A DNA stretch of 43,847 bases. It comes from a virus. Where the stretch lies: the IMG/VR virus record IMGVR_UViG_3300030613_000005; one strand, written 5' to 3'. Below, one piece after another: positions 1-9,155 of the stretch (within the stretch, counting starts at the first letter, position 1; every line of letters begins with the position of its first letter). The notes beneath the pieces were generated by a model. That model worked only from the letters and a program-made list of their open reading frames with translations, was not told the DNA's origin and did not search any database. The position numbers and the translations under genes were made by a program.

Positions 1-127
1 GGTGGGGGTGGGTTTAATCCTTTTGCAGCAGGGCTTAAAAGATACGGTGCATCTGGCTTACTTACAGGTCCAAACGTGGGCCCTGTAGCAGATAAATCAG
101 GATATAGAGAAAGAGATGCACAAACTG
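1..127. repeat. Terminal overlap copy 1 (nt 1-127 identical to nt 43721-43847)
   Basis: Read directly. Both copies begin ggtgggggtgggtttaatcc and end gatgcacaaactg. This implies a 43720-bp circular or terminally redundant unit. Confidence 0.95.
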
Positions 128-216
128 CTGCACGTAGAAATGCAATTCTGCAGCGACTTAAAGCACAAATGTTTAAGCAATACGCTTCCCCCGCTATAGG
201 TAGGAGGATGTACTAA
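1..216 (+). CDS. 3' part of a small ORF crossing the assembly junction (about 80 aa in total; starts at TTG 43694); hypothetical virion-module protein
   Basis: Frame 1 is open from nt 1 to TAA at 214-216, which overlaps the ATG of the next gene (TAATG). The same frame continues from 43694 at the window end. Confidence 0.6.
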   Translation, partial: GGGGFNPFAAGLKRYGASGLLTGPNVGPVADKSGYRERDAQTAARRNAILQRLKAQMFKQYASPAIGRRMY

Positions 217-878
217 TGGCAACTTATATGGACAAGGGCAATACAAAACCAGTAGCCTTACAAGGGCCGTATAAACCTGGAACAGCTACACAGACCCTCT
301 TCAATACAACAGTGCCTAAAATGGCCCAAGCTCCAAAACCCTCTAAAGTTGTGTATACAAATAGTAAGGGAACAGTTTCTACCCCTTACCAGGGGGGCGG
401 TGGCACGTATGGAGGCAGTGGCGGGTCGTATGGAGGCTCTCAGGCCCCTGCCCCAGCCGCTCCTCCTATGGACGTAAATGCCTGGCTAGGACAAGACAGC
501 ACTTATCAGTCTCAAGCAGCAGCGTTCATTAAAGCGTTGGCAGATTACAAAGCTCAGCAAGCACATGCTACATCTGATTATAGCACTAACTATGCTGCAA
601 GAACTAATGATCTAGGGATTAACAAAGTAAGGTCTGTTGACAACCAAGCCAACGACTTCGCTGCTCGTGGCACCTATGTTTCAGGTGTCTACGGTAAAGA
701 ATATTCAGATTTACTTGGTGATTTTGCTCGCAGACAAAGTGATATGGATACTGCTAAATCTCAGTATTTAGCAGGACTACAACAGGATTATACTAATTTC
801 TTTGGTCAGCAGCAAATTGACCAGACTAAAGCAAAACAGGATGCTATTAATCGTCGAGCATTGCAATACGGAATCTAG
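216..878 (+). CDS. Hypothetical Gly-rich protein, probable internal virion/ejection-module protein
   Basis: 220-aa ORF preceded by AGGAGG. Contains a GGGGTYGGSGGSYGGS tract. Lies between the nozzle-like gene and the giant virion protein. Confidence 0.8.
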   Translation: MATYMDKGNTKPVALQGPYKPGTATQTLFNTTVPKMAQAPKPSKVVYTNSKGTVSTPYQGGGGTYGGSGGSYGGSQAPAPAAPPMDVNAWLGQDSTYQSQAAAFIKALADYKAQQAHATSDYSTNYAARTNDLGINKVRSVDNQANDFAARGTYVSGVYGKEYSDLLGDFARRQSDMDTAKSQYLAGLQQDYTNFFGQQQIDQTKAKQDAINRRALQYGI

Positions 879-886
879 GAGTTAAG

Positions 887-1996
887 ATGGGATTCCCTTC
901 TCCTGTAGCGCATGGAACAAATCCACAAGCTCAACAGCAGCAACAAGAAGATCCTATGGCTTTAATTATGGCCATGTTGAGTCAACCTGCACCGGATTTT
1001 AACACATCTGCACAGCAGCAAGCTGCGCAGATGTATGGCCCGTTGCAGAATAGTGTAAATCAAGCTGGTGCAAATGCTAGGAAGCAAGCTGGTGCTAACG
1101 ATCAGCAGTTGGCAGCTATGTATGCGGCTTTACAAAAAGATATTGGCGGCCAGTCTACAAATATTAATAGTGCATTTAACTCTGCTCTTGGTGGATCTAA
1201 AGCTGCTTACACTCAAGGTCAACAAAGCATTGGTAACAATTACGATCAAGCTATAGGAGATACTGCTGCCTTAATGGCGCGTTTAGGTATCCAAGCAGCA
1301 GCAGCGGATCCACGTACTATTCAACAGCAAAATGGGCAAGAAGCATTTCTAAAAAGTATTTTAGGTGTAAATAGTCAAGCAACTCAAAATGATCTTCTTT
1401 CAAATAGGCAAAGTAGCCTTAACTTTAACACTGCTTCTCGTAATGCTGCTGGTGCAGCTGGAACTCAAGCTCGATCTAGCCTTACTCAGCAGCTAACTAA
1501 TAGGCTGAATGAACTTGAACAGCAACGGCTACAGTATTCTGCACAGCAGTCCCAGACAGCACAGACACTAGCTGCACAATTGTCACAAGGCTACGCAGGT
1601 AACCAAACTGAACTAGCTAAAATGATGTACGACGCTTATAACAACCAAGCTAATAGAGACAATGATCTATTAAGAACTCAAATATCTTCTAACACTAACA
1701 ATAGCAGCAACACTAAAATTGGGCCGCTAACTACTGCATTTAGTCAGGCTCAGCAACTACTAGGCAATGAAGGTCAAGCTAGTCAAGCAGTTAATATTGC
1801 GCTACAGGTGGGCAATGCTAAGCAGTACCATAACGCCTACCAGTATATTCAGGCTGTACGAGAAGAAGCTAGAAAACAAGCTGCTTCTGACATGACTCGA
1901 GCTATCCCAGAAGATGCTTTAGCAGCAGTTGCAGCTACTGTATGGGAAGAGTTAAATCCACAGACACTTTCAAGCTATATGCCATACGGACAGTAA
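887..1996 (+). CDS. Hypothetical Gln/Ala/Asn-rich protein, probable internal virion protein
   Basis: 369-aa ORF with a GGAG RBS. Low-complexity, helical, Q/A-rich composition. Tightly packed within the structural operon. Confidence 0.8.
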   Translation: MGFPSPVAHGTNPQAQQQQQEDPMALIMAMLSQPAPDFNTSAQQQAAQMYGPLQNSVNQAGANARKQAGANDQQLAAMYAALQKDIGGQSTNINSAFNSALGGSKAAYTQGQQSIGNNYDQAIGDTAALMARLGIQAAAADPRTIQQQNGQEAFLKSILGVNSQATQNDLLSNRQSSLNFNTASRNAAGAAGTQARSSLTQQLTNRLNELEQQRLQYSAQQSQTAQTLAAQLSQGYAGNQTELAKMMYDAYNNQANRDNDLLRTQISSNTNNSSNTKIGPLTTAFSQAQQLLGNEGQASQAVNIALQVGNAKQYHNAYQYIQAVREEARKQAASDMTRAIPEDALAAVAATVWEELNPQTLSSYMPYGQ

Positions 1997-2006
1997 GTAG
2001 GTTAAG

Positions 2007-5000
2007 ATGGGCGGAAATCCGTTAATTGACCAGTACCTTAAGAACCTAGCAGCAGTTCAGCAGTTCCGTATTAATAATACACATGCTGGACGTCTAGATT
2101 CTTTTAGTGCTGGATCCCCTACCGCATTACAGTTAGCGCTGGAGGCTATGCGGGCTAGGTCGCCCATCGGAACATACACTCCTGCACAAAAAGAAGACAG
2201 TGGTTTTAAGTTTAGTTCTTTGTTTAAAGTGCCTGCCGATCAGGAGTGGCTACCTGATTGGATGAAAAAAGCTTACACAGTTTCTCAAATTATTAATCCA
2301 GCTGCACTAGCCGGTAGGGCAACAACTGAGGGTATTGCTAAAGCAGCAGAAGTTGGTCCTATTAAATGGGGTATTGAACAGCTATCACGGCCTATGTACG
2401 GTGTAGGCTCTATGATAGAAGATACGAATAAAAAAGCAGATGAGATGGGCCGTAGTCGCTGGATTGGCCCAGATGTAGACCCTAAAGCTTTAGCAACATC
2501 CTTTCTTGAAGGTATTACTCTTAAAAATAAGGTCACTCCTGGAGAAGCGTTATTAGGGAAACCAGAAGGCCCAGCTGAAGGTTGGGGAGACGTAGGTAAA
2601 GGTGCTGCTAGATTCGGGCTAGACGTAGCTTTAGATCCTCTTAGCTACATTGGTGTAGGCGCTGCTACTAAAGCAGGTAAAGTTAGCAAAACTGGTAAAG
2701 CAACTGAAATTATTCAAGGGATACCTAAAAAAGAACCTTTAGCTATTGAGAGGCATTCTGTTAGCACTCCTAGGTTTACAGCTGGAACTACTGGTATTGC
2801 TGATAGGTTTAACCCTATTCAGCTGGCTGATGAAATTACAGCTAGTTCTTTAACTAAAACTGTGGCTACTACGCCTAAGCTTGCTCATCCTGGTTTAAAT
2901 GTAGATCCTATCTTCAAGGATGTTACTACTGAAAGTATTGTACGTACTCCTAAGACTGTTACAGAAACTGTAGAAATACCGTCATTTTTAACAGAAGAGC
3001 CTAAAGTATCAAAGAGCCTTGCTCAGCGACGTGCCGTTAAAATGGCTATGCTACAATCTCCTGGATATAAAGTCCAAGGTCAATACACCATAAATGATTT
3101 ACTTAAGACCGCGGCAGAACACCCAGAACGTCAAGCAGACATTGAACGTATAATCAATGCTGAGGTTAATAGAGTATTCAAAGAACGTAAGGTAAATACT
3201 GTCTTACCTTCAAGTAAAACTGGACAACAGCTTATTCCTTTCACTGGTCGTGAAGGTACAGGTAAAGCTGCTTTTGGCCTTACACTTGAGCAAGCCACTA
3301 AACTTTTCAGTGAAGGTAAAATTGGCGGGACGTTAGGCGGATATGGTAGTAAAGAGGCACAAGACTTTCTTAGTGCTCTGCCTTTTCATGACCCTTCTGA
3401 TTTTAATATAGCAACACTTAAAAATGCTAAAGGCGCTACTGTAACACTTAAGCAGTATTTGGATGATCTGGGTGTAGATGTTACAGCAGTCACGCCTACT
3501 GGGGAACCGAAAAGTATTTTATCACACAGTGTGGATGACTCAGCTTTCGCAAGTATGGTAGTACCTAAGGCTAAAACAAAAACTGTCATAAAAACTATAT
3601 ACGAAGAAGTTAAGAAAACTACTGCAAAAACCCAACGTTTATCTCAAGCAGAATCCATTGCTTGGGCACTAAAGCACCAAGGTGTCTTGTCTAAAGATGA
3701 GATTTCTTATCTTCGTATTAGCAAGAATAGAGAAGAGTTCTTTGCTAGAGTAAAGGAGCTATCTACCAAACAAATTGCTGGTGACTTTAAAACACTACAG
3801 GCTGTGGTAGATGCGCACAAAGCTGGCCTAATCCCAGCTGAGGCATTTCAAAAGATTCTAGATATTGCAGGTGCTAAGAATGCAACTGAGTTACTCAAAA
3901 AAGCAGATAAAATTCTCAATGGCATTAAAGGTAAGTCTAAGGTTACTAGTGCACCTAAAGTAGAACGTATTAAAGGTAAAGCGCCTGACACTGTGTGGGA
4001 AGGTGTTAAATCTGTAGACCAAGTAATTTCAGATGTGTCTAAGGGCGATACTAGCCTAGTACAACCAGCCGCACCGGTTGTAACTCAGCAATTAGTTACA
4101 GACCTAACTAATGCGATCCCAGAAGCTGTTCAAAAGAATCTAGCACGTGTATTGGACCCTAAAGGTGAGTACAAATGGGAAACAACGATTAAGAAAGCTA
4201 AGAGGACATCCCCTGTAGCGGGACAAGGCTATGGGAGAAATCTTCATGGCTGGAATATGTACTCACAGTCAGATGTATTTAGGGCCTTAACAACGGGCGC
4301 CTCTAAACGGCTGTATGGAGTTACTAGAGGTAAAACAGGGTCAGCACTTCACGCAGCATTAAGAGTACGTCCCGCTATGATGTATACGCAAGTAATGTCT
4401 GCTATGCGTGCTGCTGAGTTTGCACTTAAAAAACAAGGCGTTAAGATAGTAGCAGGGTCTGATAACTCAGGTTTGTTACTATCCATGGTTGATGTGCTAG
4501 ACAGTTTAGAACCAAGACTTGTCCAGAAGTATCTCTTTAGTACAGCAGATAAGTTTGCACCTAATGTCTACCCAACTAAGTTTATTGCTGCGGCAGAAGC
4601 GTACGCCCAGACAGCCATCGGCGGAGGATCATTAGATCTAGCACGTGAAAATGCTATTTCTCTGTTTTCTAAGACAGGAACAGGGGAACGGTTCGGTAAA
4701 ACTGGATCAGTAGATGAATTAGTAAGCAGTATCGAAACTGCTATGCCTAGTATCATGCAACGAATTACTGCAAATTACGCAGAAGAGAGTATTAAGTTAG
4801 GAGAGTCTGTTGTGTCAATGACAGACTCTGTAATTAGTACACTACTTACAGAGTTCTCGAATCCTAGTGTTTCTATTGGTAAAGCTTTTGAGAAACTTAT
4901 GTCTAGCAGTTCTGATATGGCGGCTGTAGCTAAGAGCATAAGTGCCCCACAAGGAGCTGTACAAACAGCTAAAGTTGTGTTGTCCAGTGAACTTGCTACT

Positions 5001-7223
5001 AAAGGTATTTCTACTGGTGATTTAGCTGAAGCTGCAATAGCTAATAGAATGACTAGAGCTGCCACACCAGAGGAGGCTGCTAAAATTGGTACGGCTCAAC
5101 AGAAAACTAGGACTGCTGAGGCTGGACATACTGCTCAAGAAGCAGATGTTGTTGAACTTGGAGATATTTTTGATATCTCTCTTAATGCTGGTGTTTTCAG
5201 GGCTAACTCTCCTATGCTGGGAAAAGTTGTTGCCATAAAAGATATGCTAGGAAGAGCACTTTACGCTTCATATGGGCATGCAGATATGCACTATATGGTG
5301 CATAAAAACCGTAACGTAGTGCAAGAGTATTCTAGGCTGCACAGGCATATCATGATGAATACTCATGGAATTGCTCGTGCAACTTATGGTGCGGAAGCTA
5401 ATAGCAAACTAGCGGAGGCTTTTAAGATTCTTCAAACAGGGGCAAAAATTGAAGATCCCAGAATGGTTTCTTTGGTTGAGTCTATGGGTAACTCTATTGG
5501 TATTCTATTCGACGGGGGTAACGCCTCTTTCAGCGTTCGCAATGGGTTGTTTTCTTCTCACCTTAATACTGTTCTTAACTATTTTGGTGTACATAGTGCT
5601 TACAGGTTTAAAGACGGTGTGCCTCTTACTAAGCAAACAGAATCATGGAAAATGTGGGATGAGGTAACTGACCCACTAGACGTTTTAGATAAAGTACACG
5701 CAGCCTATCAACGAGCTACAGTGGAAGTTACGATTGGTAGAGATATCTCTGCACAATGGGGAAGTGGTGTTAAAAAAGAAGGATTTGTTAAAATAACCGA
5801 TAAACACAGCCGTAGCAAAGTATTTGGCTTTCTAGACTCCAGTCTATACTACCCCAGAGAGATCGTAGAACAGCTTCCACATCTTGATAGATTTTTAGAT
5901 GAGACGCTATTCCGCAGCAGTAGTGACCTCATGAAGATGTATGACTCTGTGTTGCATGCTTACAAAGCTGGTCTAACTATCTATCGCCCTGGTCACCATA
6001 TGCGTAACCTTGTTGGTGATATGGGTATGTCATTCTTGGCAGGTGTTACTAATCCTAATAGGTACTACGATGCTATGCGTATACTTAAGGGGCGTGCATC
6101 TACTTATTCTGGAGATTGGGACGCATTTAAATCGCTACAGGCGGGAGAGGCAGCGACTGGCGCTAAATTAGGTTCAGATACTGTACTTACTATAGGTAGA
6201 AAAAAAGTAAAAGCTACAGACGATGCAGTATGGCGCGGTGCTTTTAATCAAGGCCTTCTGAATGACTACTCAATAATGGAAGACATTGCGTTCAATGAAA
6301 GTCAAAAGTTTGGACGTACCACTAAAAAGGCTAGTCTTAGGTATCCTCTAGGTGGTAGGGTTCAAAGAGCAGCAGGTGGGCTATCCCAGAGTCGTGACCA
6401 TATGGTACGAATCGCCCATTTCGTAGACGTGCTTAAAAAAGGTAAGTTCAACACACTAGAAGAAGCATTTGAAGAAGCAGGTAAAGTAGTACGTAAGTGG
6501 CACCCTGACGGATCCGATTTAACTAAGTTTGAACGTCAGACTATGCGTAGAGTCATTCCATTCTATAGTTGGTTCCGTAAGGCTATTCCTCTAGTTTTAG
6601 AGGCTATGGTAACTAAACCTGGTCGAGCAATGATTATGCCTAAAGCTAGCTATGAATTTGCTCAGACTATGGGTCTAGACCCTGAAAGCCTAGGAGATCC
6701 TTTTCCCCAGGATCAACTATACCCTGACTGGATGCGCGATGATATTCTAGGACCACAGTGGACAGGCAGTCTTGATATCGGGCCTATTCATTTAGGCTCT
6801 GACAATGGACAACGTTTTGGTATGAACCCTGGAGATCCTATTTCTGATTTAGGATCAGGATACTTAGGTGGAGATGCTCCTAAACAAGTACTAGGCTCTC
6901 TTACGCCTGCTGTCAGGATTCCCTTGGAATTAGGCTCAGGTAATGCCTTAGGTACAGGTGCTCCAATTACAAATACCTCAGAATACTTATCACAACAGCT
7001 TCCTGTAATAAGTGTAGCAGGAGCAATTGCAGGTAAGGATGTTCTTGGTGGATGGCAAAATAAATCTGCCGTAGAAAAAGGGTATCAACCAGAAGGTTTA
7101 GATCCTATTGCATTACAAAACCTTTTGTTAGGGCTAGGCGTTAAATCGTTCAATAAGCCTAACCATGCTATATCTGCACAGTATGACCTGCGTGACAAAC
7201 TTCGTGAGCAGGCAGGTAAATAA
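2007..7223 (+). CDS. Giant virion protein (1738 aa), probable internal core/ejection protein
   Basis: Uninterrupted 5.2-kb ORF followed immediately by a transglycosylase gene. By size and position it is analogous to podovirus internal core proteins. I could recognise no catalytic motif. Confidence 0.75.
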   Translation: MGGNPLIDQYLKNLAAVQQFRINNTHAGRLDSFSAGSPTALQLALEAMRARSPIGTYTPAQKEDSGFKFSSLFKVPADQEWLPDWMKKAYTVSQIINPAALAGRATTEGIAKAAEVGPIKWGIEQLSRPMYGVGSMIEDTNKKADEMGRSRWIGPDVDPKALATSFLEGITLKNKVTPGEALLGKPEGPAEGWGDVGKGAARFGLDVALDPLSYIGVGAATKAGKVSKTGKATEIIQGIPKKEPLAIERHSVSTPRFTAGTTGIADRFNPIQLADEITASSLTKTVATTPKLAHPGLNVDPIFKDVTTESIVRTPKTVTETVEIPSFLTEEPKVSKSLAQRRAVKMAMLQSPGYKVQGQYTINDLLKTAAEHPERQADIERIINAEVNRVFKERKVNTVLPSSKTGQQLIPFTGREGTGKAAFGLTLEQATKLFSEGKIGGTLGGYGSKEAQDFLSALPFHDPSDFNIATLKNAKGATVTLKQYLDDLGVDVTAVTPTGEPKSILSHSVDDSAFASMVVPKAKTKTVIKTIYEEVKKTTAKTQRLSQAESIAWALKHQGVLSKDEISYLRISKNREEFFARVKELSTKQIAGDFKTLQAVVDAHKAGLIPAEAFQKILDIAGAKNATELLKKADKILNGIKGKSKVTSAPKVERIKGKAPDTVWEGVKSVDQVISDVSKGDTSLVQPAAPVVTQQLVTDLTNAIPEAVQKNLARVLDPKGEYKWETTIKKAKRTSPVAGQGYGRNLHGWNMYSQSDVFRALTTGASKRLYGVTRGKTGSALHAALRVRPAMMYTQVMSAMRAAEFALKKQGVKIVAGSDNSGLLLSMVDVLDSLEPRLVQKYLFSTADKFAPNVYPTKFIAAAEAYAQTAIGGGSLDLARENAISLFSKTGTGERFGKTGSVDELVSSIETAMPSIMQRITANYAEESIKLGESVVSMTDSVISTLLTEFSNPSVSIGKAFEKLMSSSSDMAAVAKSISAPQGAVQTAKVVLSSELATKGISTGDLAEAAIANRMTRAATPEEAAKIGTAQQKTRTAEAGHTAQEADVVELGDIFDISLNAGVFRANSPMLGKVVAIKDMLGRALYASYGHADMHYMVHKNRNVVQEYSRLHRHIMMNTHGIARATYGAEANSKLAEAFKILQTGAKIEDPRMVSLVESMGNSIGILFDGGNASFSVRNGLFSSHLNTVLNYFGVHSAYRFKDGVPLTKQTESWKMWDEVTDPLDVLDKVHAAYQRATVEVTIGRDISAQWGSGVKKEGFVKITDKHSRSKVFGFLDSSLYYPREIVEQLPHLDRFLDETLFRSSSDLMKMYDSVLHAYKAGLTIYRPGHHMRNLVGDMGMSFLAGVTNPNRYYDAMRILKGRASTYSGDWDAFKSLQAGEAATGAKLGSDTVLTIGRKKVKATDDAVWRGAFNQGLLNDYSIMEDIAFNESQKFGRTTKKASLRYPLGGRVQRAAGGLSQSRDHMVRIAHFVDVLKKGKFNTLEEAFEEAGKVVRKWHPDGSDLTKFERQTMRRVIPFYSWFRKAIPLVLEAMVTKPGRAMIMPKASYEFAQTMGLDPESLGDPFPQDQLYPDWMRDDILGPQWTGSLDIGPIHLGSDNGQRFGMNPGDPISDLGSGYLGGDAPKQVLGSLTPAVRIPLELGSGNALGTGAPITNTSEYLSQQLPVISVAGAIAGKDVLGGWQNKSAVEKGYQPEGLDPIALQNLLLGLGVKSFNKPNHAISAQYDLRDKLREQAGK

Positions 7224-7831
7224 TGGGAACAAACTACCATGCCCAGCTACTACAACGTCTAGACGCTATTAACAGTATTGGAGACAATCAGAATATATTT
7301 GCCCAACAGTTAGCAGCACAGCAAGCTCAACAAAGAGCAGCTCAATCGTCGTATAGTTCTACTAGTTATGTTGGTGGTGGTGGTGGTGGAGGCACCTCTA
7401 ACACTACTGGGTATGTTCCTGCGTCTGGCGCTAAAGGTAATACTTTTGAGAACTTTTTGCATGCTATTTCAGGACGAGAATCTGGAGGAAACTATAAAGC
7501 ACGCAACCCTGATTCTGGCGCATTAGGTAAATACCAGATTATGCCAGGGAATGTGGGCCCCTGGTCTAGGCAGATTCTTGGCTATTCTATCACGCCACAG
7601 CAGTTCTATGCAAGTCCAAAGTATCAAGAACAAATAGCTCAAGGCATGCTTCGTCAATACTATAATCAGTATGGTCCTGGCGGTGCTGCTGTAGCGTGGT
7701 ATGCAGGTCCAGGAACTGCTTCAAAGTGGATGAAAAATAGAAATAACGGTTACTACAACTCCCCACAAGGAAAGTATAGTAGCATTAATGCATACGCTCT
7801 AGGTATCATGCGCGCGATGGGAATTGCATAG
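7223..7831 (+). CDS. Lytic transglycosylase-like virion-associated peptidoglycan hydrolase
   Basis: The motif ISGRESGGNYKARNPDSGALGKYQIMPGN resembles the SLT-family catalytic Glu-Ser region. A poly-Gly linker lies upstream. ATAATG overlap with the upstream gene. Confidence 0.75.
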   Translation: MGTNYHAQLLQRLDAINSIGDNQNIFAQQLAAQQAQQRAAQSSYSSTSYVGGGGGGGTSNTTGYVPASGAKGNTFENFLHAISGRESGGNYKARNPDSGALGKYQIMPGNVGPWSRQILGYSITPQQFYASPKYQEQIAQGMLRQYYNQYGPGGAAVAWYAGPGTASKWMKNRNNGYYNSPQGKYSSINAYALGIMRAMGIA

Positions 7832-7832
7832 T

Positions 7833-8150
7833 ATGCTCAGTCAAGCAGATGGCAGAGCAGATGGCAGGGCTACTGAAGTGTCTTCTAGCGTGTTAGACCA
7901 AATTAATGCCAGACTTGGCGAAATTAGAGACGACGTTAAAGACTTAAAAGGACATGTGGACGAAAAATTTGATAAGGTAGCTACAGACTATGTAACTAAA
8001 GAGCTACTAAAGGCTATGTTGCAGCCGTACCAGGCTGATATCGCTAGTTTAAAAGAAGATCGTAAAAAACTTGTTTGGATCATTATAGGTGCGGTGTTGC
8101 TAGCTGTTATATCATTAGTAATATCAGGTACAGGAGGGTCACTGCGGTGA
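7833..8150 (+). CDS. Membrane-anchored coiled-coil protein (possible lysis accessory or holin-like protein)
   Basis: ATG lies 1 nt after the upstream stop (alternative TTG at 7824). C-terminal TM segment LVWIIIGAVLLAVISLVISG. Confidence 0.65.
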   Translation: MLSQADGRADGRATEVSSSVLDQINARLGEIRDDVKDLKGHVDEKFDKVATDYVTKELLKAMLQPYQADIASLKEDRKKLVWIIIGAVLLAVISLVISGTGGSLR

Positions 8151-8362
8151 ATTTTAGCCTACAGGATAGAAAGGCAATATCAGCTGGCATCCTAGCTAGT
8201 TGTTCGTCTGCTATTCAAGCTGTTGGAGACAGGTCTTTTGATATCGTTGATACTACATTAATTATATGCTCAGGTTTAGTTGCATGGGCCATTACATGGT
8301 CCGTTGGAAATTCGAAAACGGACACATCGGACACAACCTACGCAGGTTTCGACCGCAAGTAA
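8147..8362 (+). CDS. Small membrane protein (71 aa)
   Basis: GTG 8147 overlaps the upstream TGA (GTGA). Hydrophobic stretches ISAGILASCSSAI and IICSGLVAWAITW. The track ORF start at 8075 lies inside the previous gene. Confidence 0.55.
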   Translation: MNFSLQDRKAISAGILASCSSAIQAVGDRSFDIVDTTLIICSGLVAWAITWSVGNSKTDTSDTTYAGFDRK

Positions 8363-8377
8363 AGGTAGACAGGCAAA

Positions 8378-8436
8378 AGTCCCTCTAGTACACTACGTCA
8401 TGTGATCAGTCACGGGACGTGGCGACTAGAGGGACT
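8378..8436 (+). promoter_or_regulatory. 12-bp perfect inverted repeat enclosing the whiB-like start codon
   Basis: AGTCCCTCTAGT (8378-8389) pairs with ACTAGAGGGACT (8425-8436). The 35-nt loop contains GTG 8402. Confidence 0.5.
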
Positions 8437-8869
8437 CTGCGTTGTGAGTCCTTCTTCTTTTTATGCTATGGGCAGACCTACAGCTGCGACAGTACAAAAA
8501 TACTGTAGTAAGTGCCCTGTGCAGAGTAGCTGTCTAGAAGAAGGCATTATTTATGATGAGGACGGAATATGGGGTGGCTTGACTAGGCGTCAAAGAAGAG
8601 ACTCCCCATATTCAATTTTATTGGAAATTCTAGAGAGGGCAATTCGTGAGGGTTGGTACTATGAGGATCGTCTTGGACAATCTTCACGCTCTCAGCGGAT
8701 TCGGAACTCAGCTTTTCTTCTTCGGAAGAAGATTGAAGAAGAAAAGCGAGCTGCTGTGCGAGTAGCTTTACCACAGCAGGTGGTAGTATCAATGGAGGTT
8801 CCCCTCCCCACCTATCCTCTGGATTTTTTCCAGGAGTCCACCGTATTCCAATTTTTTCTAGCGCCTTAG
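8402..8869 (+). CDS. whiB: WhiB-like Fe-S transcription factor
   Basis: Four-Cys pattern C-x21-C-x2-C-x5-C (LCVV...YCSKCPVQSSC) followed by GIWGGLTRRQRR, the WhiB G[VI]WGG turn plus a basic tail. The C-terminal extent is uncertain because of the overlap with the convergent ORF 8583..9155. Confidence 0.8.
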   Translation: MISHGTWRLEGLCVVSPSSFYAMGRPTAATVQKYCSKCPVQSSCLEEGIIYDEDGIWGGLTRRQRRDSPYSILLEILERAIREGWYYEDRLGQSSRSQRIRNSAFLLRKKIEEEKRAAVRVALPQQVVVSMEVPLPTYPLDFFQESTVFQFFLAP

Positions 8870-9155
8870 CTCTACAATTGTCGCTACAATAACCTACACC
8901 GCGGTAATTAGTACCAAAAGGCTCTTGACATTCTTCGCGTTTGCAGGTCTTGTACATGAATCGCGCAGGCTTCTCTAGCGCTAGAAGCAAAGCTTCTGCT
9001 TCATAGTATGCAGGAAGTTGCCTAGTTGATGCTACTTCCACTGCCTGGACAACTTGATGCTTTTTCTCAGCAAACTTACTGAGGTCATGTCCGGCAGCTT
9101 TAGCCTGAGCTATGAGTTTTTCCATAGCTCGGGCTGTTTTTTGTGCTGGCTTCAT
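8583..9155 (-). CDS. Hypothetical protein with a Cys-rich zinc-binding-like motif
   Basis: 190-aa ORF. ATGA overlap with the RuvC-like gene. Motif CKREECQEPFGTNYRGVGYCSDNC. Last gene of the leftward arm. Confidence 0.65.
   Translation of the reverse strand: MKPAQKTARAMEKLIAQAKAAGHDLSKFAEKKHQVVQAVEVASTRQLPAYYEAEALLLALEKPARFMYKTCKREECQEPFGTNYRGVGYCSDNCRAKALEKIGIRWTPGKNPEDRWGGEPPLILPPAVVKLLAQQLAFLLQSSSEEEKLSSESAESVKIVQDDPHSTNPHELPSLEFPIKLNMGSLFFDA

Noticed and set aside
2007-7223. Looked for virion RNA polymerase, ADP-ribosyltransferase, HExxH protease or lysin motifs in the 1738-aa protein.
   Set aside because: I could identify no convincing catalytic motif by eye, so I left the protein as a giant virion protein of unknown activity.
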